This document shows, piece by piece, positions 11,780 through 27,611 of a DNA stretch of 64,000 bases. The position numbers were made by a program, and so were the translations under genes. Position 1 is the first letter of the stretch. Each line of letters begins with the position of its first letter. The DNA comes from Trichosphaerium sp. ATCC 40318 (Eukaryota; Protista; Tubulinea): assembly GCA_038496445.1 (NCBI GenBank), contig JALMLS010000471.1:1-64000 (forward strand), read 5' to 3'. The notes beneath the pieces are model-generated. The model did not search any database and was not told where the DNA came from. It saw nothing but the letters and a program-made list of their open reading frames with translations.

Positions 11780-14046
11780 TTATACATTTTTTTGTTCGTC
11801 TTGTTTTTCTTTCAGTTCTCCTTTTTCTTGTTCGTCTTTGTTGGCTTCTTCTGAGACTTTGGTTTCTTCTGAGACTTTGCCTTCTTCTGAGACTTTGACT
11901 TCCTCCTCTGCTGAGGTCTGGTGAGGTGGTACCACTGCCTCTGATTTTTGAGAATCTTCTACACTAGATTTTTTCATCGGTGGAGGTTTGGCACTTGGCA
12001 ATGGTTTTCTTACAACCCAAAAGGCACAATTGTACGTGATTGTCATCATTGCATCAGTGTCACACGTGTACTGGCAATGTGTCATTTTCTCTTCCTAAAA
12101 GAGACATTTAAATCAATTAACATTTGAGTGTTGCACGTGGAGTTTGTGGAACGCACCAAAAACTGGAAGCCTACGTACTTAACTACGTGCAGGACTTCTT
12201 CAAGTGTCAATTCTAACGAGTTTTCATTCGCCATGTCAGCGTAGTGATATAATAGAGGCCCTACAATAATTGAGTTAGTTCAAATGTGCAGAGCCAAGCT
12301 TGGCAATAGTAATAAATGTCATTTGGATCACGATCCGTGATGCAGGATAAACAACATTGGAAACACACGTGCCATGATTAATCCAAACGCCTCCTGGCTT
12401 CAACATGCCGTAGATGGCTTCTATGTAATTGATGACGTTGTGTGCCGTGTCCAAAAAGAAACAGGTCGTCACACAATCCCAAGAATCTGTCGCATTTTAA
12501 ACGTTAGTACACATGTCATCCAAAACAAATGGAAGGACAATGCTATTATTAGTGCGTGCCATGCTGATGACCATAAATCTCTAAAAAGTCGCCTGCGGTG
12601 TAGGAGAACTTTGCATGTGGCGGTATGTCCTTGGGGTACACTAAACAATGTCTTAGCAACATTTAGTTTGAGGCGAACTAGACGCACCATCTGGGACGGT
12701 GACAGCTTGCAATTGTTGCTCTACAACCAACTGTTAAAAAAGGGTCGAGTCGAGAACGCGGGGCAGGGCAACAAATACAAAAAAATTGAGATGAGCAGTA
12801 CCTTGAGCTACGACATTGCACGTTTCATGGACATGCGGATAGATCGTGGCCATGTTTGCAGCGGTTGAAAAGTTGAGCATGAAGTTGCCGCCAATCAACA
12901 TAAAGTAGGACCACTCATTGCCCTGACAGATGTACCCTAGTTTAGCAATCTCGTAAGGCATACGACCCAACCCTGCTCCAGGACACACTACTCTGAACAA
13001 GGCACATGTGTCAGTGTTTGGTTTATGGGTGGGTATGGGGAGTGTGTGTGAATGCAGTAGACAGGCACGCACTTTTGTTTGTATCTAGTGTCATCATTCA
13101 CAGGCAAGTATTTTCCGAGCGCTTCCAATATTGGCCCGTAGCACTGATCGCGCTCAGATTGACCTAGAACAAGGAGAATCAGTCAATTACATAAACAAGA
13201 AAAAAAAAAGAAAACAAGAAAGGTGTATTTAGGAGTAAATAAGTAAGATTCTTACCTTGTGCACTCCACTCTCTTGCAAATTGTCTGATAGTACTCCTCA
13301 ACTTATCCATGTTATACCCCGACGCAACAGCGGTGTCCTTGGTGGGGAAAGCCTAAGGATGATGAGACTGGTTCGAAGTCTCTTGGATTTTTCTTGATGG
13401 ACGTACATAGCTGTGGTTCTGGAATACTTGTTCGTTTTCTACGATACAATCGAGGAATGCAGCGTTTGCTTTGAGAGCAGTTCTTACCTTTGCCAGTTTG
13501 GGTGCCATGTGTGTCAACATTTTCCTGTGGCGGTCTGGCAAGACCAAGTAGTTCTTGTACAAACGTTTCAAAAAAACGGATTGAGACCATCTGTTGTAGT
13601 ACATGTACGCGCTCTAAAATTTACGTTAATTTTTCTATGCCCATTAGGCACCCATTTATGACGTTGGATAGGTGCAATGCTCTTATTGGCCGTACAACAA
13701 TATCTTGAAAATGCTGTTCTTCTTTATTACCGCCGTGAGCGCTGTCATGACTGTTTCCGTGTCCTTGACAAGGTTTTCCGCCATGTGTATGTCCTGTACG
13801 CTGGGCATGTGACTGTTGGGCATGTCCGTGACCGGTACAAGGCTTTCCACCATGTGTGTGGCCCGTATGCGTGTGTGACGGCGCAGCATGGCCATGACCA
13901 GTACAAGGTCGTCCACCATGCGTGTGGCTAGTCTGTGTATGCGGTTGTGCTGTATTCTCTGTCTTTTGTTGCGCTGCGGCTGTTTTTTGGGCGTTTCTTT
14001 GCTTATTTGCTCTATTGCGCTTGTTTCTCTTCCTCCGACCTGACAT
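11780..14046 (-). CDS. CARNMT1: Carnosine N-methyltransferase / protein-histidine methyltransferase (N2227 family) with His/Cys-repeat N-terminus
   Basis: STIRQFAREWS, VVCPGAGLGRMPYEIA, QGNEWSYFM, AGDFLEIY, TCFFLDTAHNVINYIEAI, WINHGPLLYH (across a GC-AG intron). Confidence 0.93.
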
Positions 14047-14226
14047 TATATTGTTTTACGGCGATAGCACAATACGTGATTCGTGTAAAAGAAAGCCAAT
14101 AATAACTGACAAAACTATTTTGTTTGACCAACGCATCAACCGTTAACGCGCTCAAATGTGTTGTATTGTAGTTTACAAAAAAAAGAAGATAAAATACAAG
14201 TTGTCTTTGGTGCTGGGCTATTCTTT

Positions 14227-18680
<4,454 letters not shown>

Positions 18681-19039
18681 TGTTGTAATTACAAGATCAA
18701 CGCGGTCACATAACTACTTTGGATCGAATGCCGTGTTCTTGGCATGTTTGTAGACCAATTTCTGCCATCAAAATTTCTCGTGTTTATTTTACTTTTGTTG
18801 AAATTTTCGTTACTGTCAACTTCCTACTGAGTGATCTAAAACTCGCGGAACGAATGATTTGGATTGTGCAGTCGCGATAAACTTTAAAATTAAAGTAAAT
18901 ATCACTGATTCTATTTTGCAGCTCTACGACGGTAGAAAGCGCACTGGGGAACGATAGGCGGTACATTTTTAACAGACACGGTTTTTACCAGCCAAGTTCT
19001 GACCGACCTTTTTTATTAAGTTAGTCCAAAAGCGTTCAA

Positions 19040-19934
19040 ATGGCAGCTGTTGGAGGAGCGTCTATTGTTGAGTTCTTGAAATTGGTGTACAAGCTGAAGG
19101 TACGCAATGAAAAGCAATTTTACTGGTTGCTTGCCGGAATTTGAAAGGCGTTAATCTATTACAGTCTACGAACAGAACAGGTTGGGTACACTGCAAAGTC
19201 CGTAAACCTGAGACAATAGCCAGCCACATGTGGGGTGTTGCACTCTTATCTTCCATCGTAGTGGAACCAGAGATAGATAGAAACAAGTAGGCATAGCATT
19301 GATTCTAAATTTTGTTTTTACCATGAAAATCCACTCACGTTGACAAAAGGCTTATAAAGCTCGGTTTGGTCCACGATGTTGCAGAATGTATCGCTGGCGG
19401 TTCGTAACGAGTGAAATTGCAGCGAAATAACAAACTACAGATATAACGCCACACGACGGCATATCTAAAGAGAAAAAGCACCAACTCGAAGAAGAGGGCA
19501 TGCAGCAAGTACAAAAAACAATTGGAGGAGCGCTAGGCCAAGAAATGTATGATTTGTGGTGTGAGTACGAAGATGGCATTACAAAGGAAGCAAAAATAGT
19601 GAAACAGGCAGATAAACTCGGTAACCTTTTTTTTTTTTTTGTGACACTTTTTTTTCCAATCTGGTGCAAAATGAACCTCCAAGCATGTGAGTAATATTCT
19701 GAATGCTTCACCACAGATATGATCATGCAAGCACGCATCTACGAGCAAGAAGACCCTACGCTCGATCTGGAAGGGTTTTTCACATCTACAAAAGGCTACA
19801 TTACGCACCCACTCCTCGCCTCTGTCGACAGCACAATTCGTCAAGAAAGAGCGACCAAGAATTCGCCTCCAACCCAGAAACCAACTCCAAGCGATACTTC
19901 ATCTCCAAACCGTGCATCATCCCCTGACGAATAA
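19040..19934 (+). CDS. HDDC2: HD-domain 5'-deoxynucleotidase HDDC2/YfbR-like
   Basis: RTGWV..PETIASHMW, LVHDVAECIAGDITPHDGISKEKKHQLE, LWCEYE..TKEAKIVKQADKLDMIMQARIYE. Confidence 0.9.
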
Positions 19935-20158
19935 GAAGTGGCATGCGCCTGTCATAAAATAGATATTCCTTCATGATTCTTTCTTTGGTAATCCAACAAA
20001 CCAAGTCGCTTTGCAAATTTTTTTGTAAAACTCACCTTCTTGACCTCAACGGACCCTCGCATCGTCGCTGGCACAAGGGAAAATACGTATATGCAATACT
20101 AGAGGAATTACAGAAGGAAACAGCCAGATTTACGATCAGTTTTGAAAATCACGCTCAA

Positions 20159-22933
20159 ATGAACGGAGAAAGCATCAGCGATGATGTACATATGGCAAAT
20201 AATACTCTGGACTTAATTCCAAACGGTTTAGACGAGGACAGGCACGTTTACGATGCTAGCGCGCAATCTCCAGTAAATCAGCGCTCTTTTCGCCGTTTAT
20301 GCGCTTTTATAACAAAAAATGATGTATTTAGCGGTTTGGTTATTTTCATGCAGGTTTACAAAGTAAAACCACGTTTTCTACACAACCTGTAAAGCAAAAA
20401 TTATTTTAAGCTCACAGAGCGTTTCCGGGGTTTAAAACTAACGCGTTTTGATAGAGAAATTCAAGGTTTGGGTGTTTGGCGAGGAGATGTCTTGTGGCGT
20501 TGGCGATGGTTGGAAGTCCAAATGGCCCACCTTGACAAGCAGCTGGCTAACCACAAGAAAAGCTTGGATGCTGCAAGCGCTGCAGTTGCAAGTCGTGATG
20601 TACACACTTTGTTTTGAAGATCTCAACCTCATCTCATTGTCATTGCTCTCAGCACTCACACGTGACTAGGTAAAAGACGTTGAGTGTAGTAGGACACGAG
20701 GATATGTTCCTTCTCGCACTTGCCGAACTTTTAAGAATGTTGGTGCCAATGGTGTACGTAAATGAATGACACAAAATGATTTTTTTTGGGCGTTGTGATT
20801 CAATGACCCATTTTTTTTAACCTTTTTGTCTAATTAACAACGTGTCATGTTTGTTGGTTCCTTGCATGTTGGTATTGTAAAGTTAACTCCTAGTTAGAAA
20901 CCGAAACAATTATCTCCCGCGGATAAAAAGAAACATCCTTTGTTTGGGTTTCCAGTGTCCAAAGGAAGTACACCCATCAATGCAGTCACGTCTGGAACGC
21001 CTGCACCAACTACCCGTATGTTTTATTGCAATGTCATTGTAACTGGGTTTACCATTGCTAACTTCATTTCTAGGCACGAGACGAAAATCAACTAGGGGTG
21101 CGTTTCTTATCTACTTGGGAATATTAAAAAAAAATTATTGCATCGCCTCAAAAACTGTTGATTTGCATTACAAGCAGCAACTACTACTTTTTGAAAAACA
21201 CCACAGCAAGAATTCTAGAAACAATTTTAGCTCATGGTTTTAAATATTAGGTCGCAAATCATTGTCGAACTCTCGTGTACGCAAGGTTGAACAAGATGTG
21301 GTACCGATGGCGTTATCATCATCCAGGTCTTCGATTCCTGAAGCTCCAAAAATTATTCATACACCTACTTGGCGTAAAGTGGACTTTGGTGAGGCTGATG
21401 CCAAGTACAGAGCAAAGAAAATGGCACGAAGAAACTTGACAATGTCGGCACCTTCTAAACTGACCCGAAAAAAATCGCGTATTACACGTGATGTAAAACG
21501 GATTACTGTGGTTACGCCAAAGGGCAAAAACAACAACAAACTTACGATCAAGGGACACAGTGGCGATGAATTGATGATCAAAAAACAGAAAAAACCAGCA
21601 ACTTCTAGTACTAGGGCCAACGCGGCTAATTTTGGTGGATCCTCTGCTGATGATGATGATATTATATTGCTCATTTCAAACCCAAAGGTTCCCCAGGACA
21701 CGAATCATAAAGCGAACGGTCACCGTAATGGTAGTGGCTATCAAACCGATGTAAATCATGTAAATAACCGGCTTGTCAAGACACAAAAACCTTACACTGA
21801 TCCAACAAACTCTGGGATACATTTGATAAAGGCTATCCCTCAACCCGTTAAAAACAATGCCCGTAATGCTGTTACGAATGGTGCAAACAATAGACAGAAC
21901 TCTATAAAGAGCAAGCCAGGAGAGAGCAAAGATTCTGCAATACAGGACGAACTCAACAACATTAAACTTGATCAACCTGTTGATCTTGAAGATGATGAAA
22001 GAAATGCCCTTTGCTGAGCATAGCAATGGTACACGCCTGGAGGATATGGAATACACATCGTCAAGTTCTTCTGATGAGGTATGTGCGCTTATACTAAAAA
22101 TTTTTATTTTGAAAAAAACATCCAAAATCCAAATGGATACACCCTTTTGTAAGCACACTAAAGTACCCGTATGGCTAATTTCGAACTCGTACGGGCAGTA
22201 AGATGTGCGATATTCTATCAAAAAAGAAAACAAGTCTCGTTTAAATGTCGATTCCTGTTTCTTTTTTTTTCTCTTTTTTCTGTTTGACTCTACTGTAACA
22301 TTAATTAACACATTGTTCGTATAGGAGCTGGAAGAGGAGTTTTACAACTTTATGCATTTCCAAAAAGAAGTTGAAGAAAAGATGCTCTTTGAAACTGCCA
22401 CCAAAGACAGAAAACGTTTACGACCACGGGATATTAAAACCTCAAAGAAAGATTATATGGAATCTCCTTTGAGACCATCATACGATTGTCAGCCATACCC
22501 TCCAAGGTAACAAATCTAAAAAAAAGGAAGTGTTTCATTTTGTACTTACGCACTATCTAGAGTTCCTGATGGAGAATGGATGGCGTCACCAATGCCCAAA
22601 CGTAGTAAGCGACGCAAAAAGAGTTCAAGGAAAAGTAACCGAGGGAGGAAGCGAAAGGCGCCTGTTGTCTCGTCGTTGTTACCTAACAAGTTCCCAAAAA
22701 CGCTGCGTGCCATTCCGGTTACGCAAGTGTCTGCCACCGATCAAGTGTATGCATTAGCGTCAGTGCAGCCGTCAACACGGTACAAGGGCAATACACGTAG
22801 AAGAGCACAACATCGTAAAAACGCGCCACCCAAAAGGAACGTTGTCTGGGAAGTACTTAATAAGCCTGCTCCTGTTGATCCAAAGACCAACAAGAAACGC
22901 AATGTTATTTATTTGCGGTGCAAGGCAAAATGA
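20159..22933 (+). CDS. KANSL1/MSL1-like PEHE-domain protein (NSL complex scaffold-like); apparent +1 frameshift near 21998
   Basis: Spliced frame gives WRGDVLWRWRWLEVQMAHLDKQL, CSRTRGY (WDR5-interaction-like), IHTPTWRKV and SDEELEEEFYNFMHFQKEVEEK (PEHE-like). Confidence 0.62.
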
Positions 22934-23069
22934 ATATTTGAAAAAAAAAGAAAGAAAACAAAAAACAAAAAAAATAGATTTTATTTTGATAAATAAAATA
23001 ACAAGTGTAACATCATAACGAGAAAAAAACTAGAATAAAGGCTCATTGTACATAAAACACGTGTAGTTG

Positions 23070-24882
23070 TCAGTATTCCAGTATGAACTTTCCAAGTTGG
23101 CCGTGACCCTGCCACACTACCATCGTTTTGATTAGGTGCTATGCGGCATATTGACAGTTGCGTACGTGCTAGTGCTAGGGGAGTGTATTCATTTGTTGTA
23201 AATGCTGCTGAGTCGGCTCCTTTTTCCAAGAGTAGCTTTGACATATCGAAGTAGCCATTGTTTGCTGTGGTACTTGTTAATACAAAACTGTTGTCCAAAG
23301 CACTCGTGCCAGCAATGTGCAAAGGCGTCCATCCGGCCGCTGTTCTGATATCTACTTCTGCACCACGTTTAAGTAAGTACCCAGCAACATCGAGGTGGTT
23401 AGCGCGAACTGTTGAAATAGTTAATAGTGTAGTAGCTTTCTTATCCGCACCTGCTCTATGCAAGGGTGAGTATCCTCGGTTATCTAATGCATTTAAATAA
23501 GCGTCATGCTTCACCAACATTTTGACGACTGGCATGATGCCGTTGAAAGCTATCGTATTGTGTGAGTATGTAAATGGTTGCCTTTCTATGTTACCTGCCA
23601 AGTAGAGGGCGGTTCTCCCTTCGTGATCCTTGGCATCTATGTTAACGTCTCTACCTTCATCTAACATGGAAGTGGTAAACGCTAGACCGTGAATTCGGTC
23701 AAATGCAGCAACATGCAAAAGAGTGTAGCCATTCTCTTCTTCCTTATACCTCAGATCAACTTGCTGTTTCAGACCCTCCAACACTCTTTCTTGATAACCT
23801 TCTGTAGCTCCTGTTATTTCGTCTCTAACAATAGGTAAGCTATGGCATACATAAAGCAGACTCACATTAAGCGTGCAGCTGTAGGAAGTTGAACTGTTTC
23901 ATCTCCCTTGTGTATGGACTCCATGCTCTTCTTTTTAGGGAGACTTGCTTCTTCGTCATCCACAAACTCAACACAAGGCTCTGATTTCGCTTTGTGCTGT
24001 TTTTGAGATTTACGCTTGGCGCTTTTACGCTTATGGCTCAATCTTCTCATTGCTTTCCTTGGTTTAAACGCTTTAAGCGTTGTACTAACTACATTTGCAA
24101 ACGTTTTTTCAGGCTCAGAATGGTAGTCAAGCGGAGGGTCCTTCTCGGTACTGCTTGGTACTGTTGGCGTTTTATTTCTTCTTTGGCGTCTTTGTTGTTT
24201 CTTAAGCTTTTGATCTCTTGACTACCGATTGTGTAAGTAAGGCGTAATGTTGGACATTAAGTAAGGGTGTTGTGCTTGCATAGAATTGGTGTTTGATGTT
24301 CAGGTAGCCGCTGATATCCTTGTCATCTCGTCCAGGCCGTGGTTGGAGCAAGTAATCCATTGCACTATCAGGTGATCCAGTTGTTGGACTCCATGCCATG
24401 TCATTCACTTTCAAAACTACTTCTCCAACTGCCAAACTACTGATTAGTTTATGCTAAATTCTTCGTCAATGTCAAAAAAAAAACGTACGAAAGTCATCAC
24501 GTTTTAGCTTGTCATCATCCCAAACTTGAAACACGATTGTTTCCTCCTCATCAGCAGTATAAAATCTAGAATATGATTACTTAAAATACATAGTATAATG
24601 AACTTGCATAGAAGTCACGTTTTTATCTTCCTTTGTCCACGTGGGGTTAAGCGTTTTCTTTTTGATGCGTGTATAATGGTGTTGAGTCTCATCATCCTTA
24701 TTCTTCTCCAAATACACCCTACACATTTAGTTTCGCTCGTATTTAGTTTACTGACCTAACATAGGGGTCGCTGGTGCCTTTATCATGTTAGTTTACAAAA
24801 AAGCAGATTTAGTACCTCCCACATCTGCTGCTTTTAGATTGTAAGCTGATTCAATTGTAACGATGAGTATCTCCTCAAACAT
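23070..24882 (-). CDS. C2-domain + ankyrin-repeat protein (multi-exon)
   Basis: SAYNLKAADVGGTSDPYV..KKTLNPTW..VWDDD (C2); GYTLLHVAA, GRTALYLAA, GYSPLHRA, GWTPLHIAA (ankyrin). Confidence 0.88.
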
Positions 24883-24980
24883 GACAACGTTTTGTAGCCA
24901 AAGGTTGCACGTATCAACAAAAAAACAAAATTAACACGTGATCCTCACTTAAGTCCTGTTTTAAAGCTAATACTGCGACA

Positions 24981-26950
24981 ATGGCAACTCTTATTATTGG
25001 CAGTATATGTATTCTCGTTCTGTTATGGTTGCGGCCAGTGTTCGCAATGTATGCCAAAAAGATTTGGGGTTATTGCCGCATTCCGTTTTTGTATCCCTCA
25101 CTCAAGCGCCACCCTAAAATAAAGTCGCTCAATTTGAGCCTCACGACCGACCCTAAAACGTATGAGATAAAACAAGACAGAATGATTTTGTTAACTTTTA
25201 GTAGATATTCGTATGAATTCTCAGCTTGGCCCAAAGCTGATGATGGCAGTTACGAAAAAATAATATTGCTGACCTGTAGCATTGCGTCTGGTGAGCCCAT
25301 TGTAGGCATTGCCGATCCAGAATACGCCAGGCAACTTGTGCTACAGGAAAACGTACCTAAAAACATGACTGCTTATTCAGGAGTACGTGGATGATTACAC
25401 AAATAAAAAAAAAACTAATTGTTACCTAGTTTCAACTTCTATTTGGGCGAGGTTTAGTATCACTGCAGACCAACGCAGAGTGGTAACATGGACTTACCTA
25501 TCGATTGCGTATATGACAAACTAACGACCGGCTACATAGGAAAATGAGGAGACGAGTACTTACCCCTACATTCCACTTCAAGTCGCTGTCTTCGATGATA
25601 CCCAGAGTTTCAACAAACGTTGCGACATGTTTATTGAACGTCCTAGACAACGTTTCAAATGGTGAAGACAGGAAAAAGCTAAGACCAAAGTCAATCAGTC
25701 ATCCAATATCAATGAGGCTTGTGACATCGTTGATATTTGGCGGTGATTTTGATGATACATTCATTGTTGAGCAAATGACTATAGTTTTATCTCATTTTAG
25801 AGATTACCTTCTACATCGCAAACTACTAGGGCGTATCGCTGAGTATGTGCCTTGGGAGACAGGTCATCAGTACGAACATTGTTTGTTTATGGAAGGCATT
25901 AACTTTGCTCTTTAGCATCTTTAGTAGATCTAAAAACGCAATCATTAACAGGATCAAACAGAACTTGAATGAAAAAAGACAAGTGTTAAAATCAGGAAAG
26001 AAAGGAGATGACTTGATTTCGTTAATGTTACAAGCGCAGCAACTAAATCCGGATATTATCACCGATCAAGTTATCGTTGAAGAATCCATGCTCTTCTTCT
26101 TAGCTGGCTTTGACACTGTGCGTTGTAACCTATTCATGTTTGTCCCAATGCAGATCAACTAACACTTGACTAGACGTCATCAGCGTTGGCTTGGGCGTTA
26201 TACGCCATGTCTCAATTTGAAGACATACAACAAAAGTTACGGGATGAAGTCAACACTCTTCTACGTACGTAACTAATATTACTATTCATCCAATACGTCA
26301 ATAATCTTTGTGAGAATAGCGAATGGAGAGAGCATAACCACTAAAAAGCAATTGAATTCTTTCAAATACACAAAGGCGTTTATAAAGTACGAGGAACTCC
26401 AAAGTAAACAATTTTGTTCTAAAGTTGTGCACAGAGAAACATTGCGTTTATTCAGTCCAGTCAGTGGCATGCATCGAAGACTGGCTAGAGATATCACTTT
26501 GGGTGATACAACTTTAAAGGCGGGACAACCAATTCGTATTGGGTATAATTTACTACTTCGTAGCCCCAAAACCTGGTAATGTCAAATACCTTATGCACCA
26601 CGTGATTTTTTTTTGATTTTAGGAGTCGCCCTTTAGAATTTGATCCGACAAGGTTCTTAGGAGACAACGATCGAGCATTGTTCTCATGGATTCCCTTCTC
26701 CGCCGGACCTAGGAACTGTATCGGGCAACAACTAGCAATGATGGAATTGGTAATCATGATTACTAGTATAGTAAAACAGTTTCGTATAGTCCTACCAAAA
26801 GGTACGGTCCATTCAGTGTTTCTGAAATTATACTGAGTGTTGAGAACAAAAGGTCAAAATACAGAGAATGTTACGAGCATGGATAACTTCTATGGGCACT
26901 TCCTCAATGAACCTAAACCGAGTATTATGGTAGAACTAGAAACTCTATAA
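24981..26950 (+). CDS. Cytochrome P450 (CYP4/CYP3-clan-like), multi-exon
   Basis: N-terminal TM anchor, WKMRRRVLTPTFHF, FFLAGFDTTS, ETLRL, PTRF, heme motif FSAGPRNCIG. Confidence 0.93.
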
Positions 26951-27611
26951 CGCAATATACGCGGCAGCGTAAGACTTGTTTGAAGATGAGCATAAATTTT
27001 CATCACGTCAACTTTTTTTTGTCCCTGATTGTATTCACGTATCTCTAAACTCCCAAGTACACTTCTATGGATGACTGAAGTATATGACGTATAGGTCGTT
27101 TAACTTTGAAACGTTTTTACAAGTCTGGAAGAAGTAATACGCGTACTGCACGGAGTCTACGGACAGACAGCTTTTTCAAAAGTGTGATACAGGAGGTAGT
27201 TCTCACGTCGACTGCAAATATTGCTAAAATGTTGTGTTGAATCCTATTTTTATCAATTTGGATGACTATGGTCTCTTTTGTAAAATCCTCGTAAGTGGTG
27301 ACTAGGAGTTGTGAAAGCAAGTTCCGTAGTATACTTGGAGAGGTTCACATTAATAATGCGGGTTTTTACTAGTAAATATGCCGTTTCCCAATGAGAATGC
27401 TACGAAAACAGAAAATACAAAAGTGTTTTGTAGGTGGTATGAGAAGAAGTATGTTGTCGCGTCATGTTTTTTTGGGTTCACCGGAGAATGACCAACTTGG
27501 TTCACACCTTGCTGTGCATCCTAAGTACGAGGGCCTTAAACAGAAAGCGGGTCCAGCAGAAGTTAGCCGGGGCAAAGGGTGAAATAGCCTGAAAACAAAT
27601 AACAAAAAGAA

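Noticed and set aside
11845-11900. Three 18-bp repeats (KVSEE) in the CARNMT1 tail
   Set aside because: Ordinary low-complexity slippage in a disordered acidic tail.
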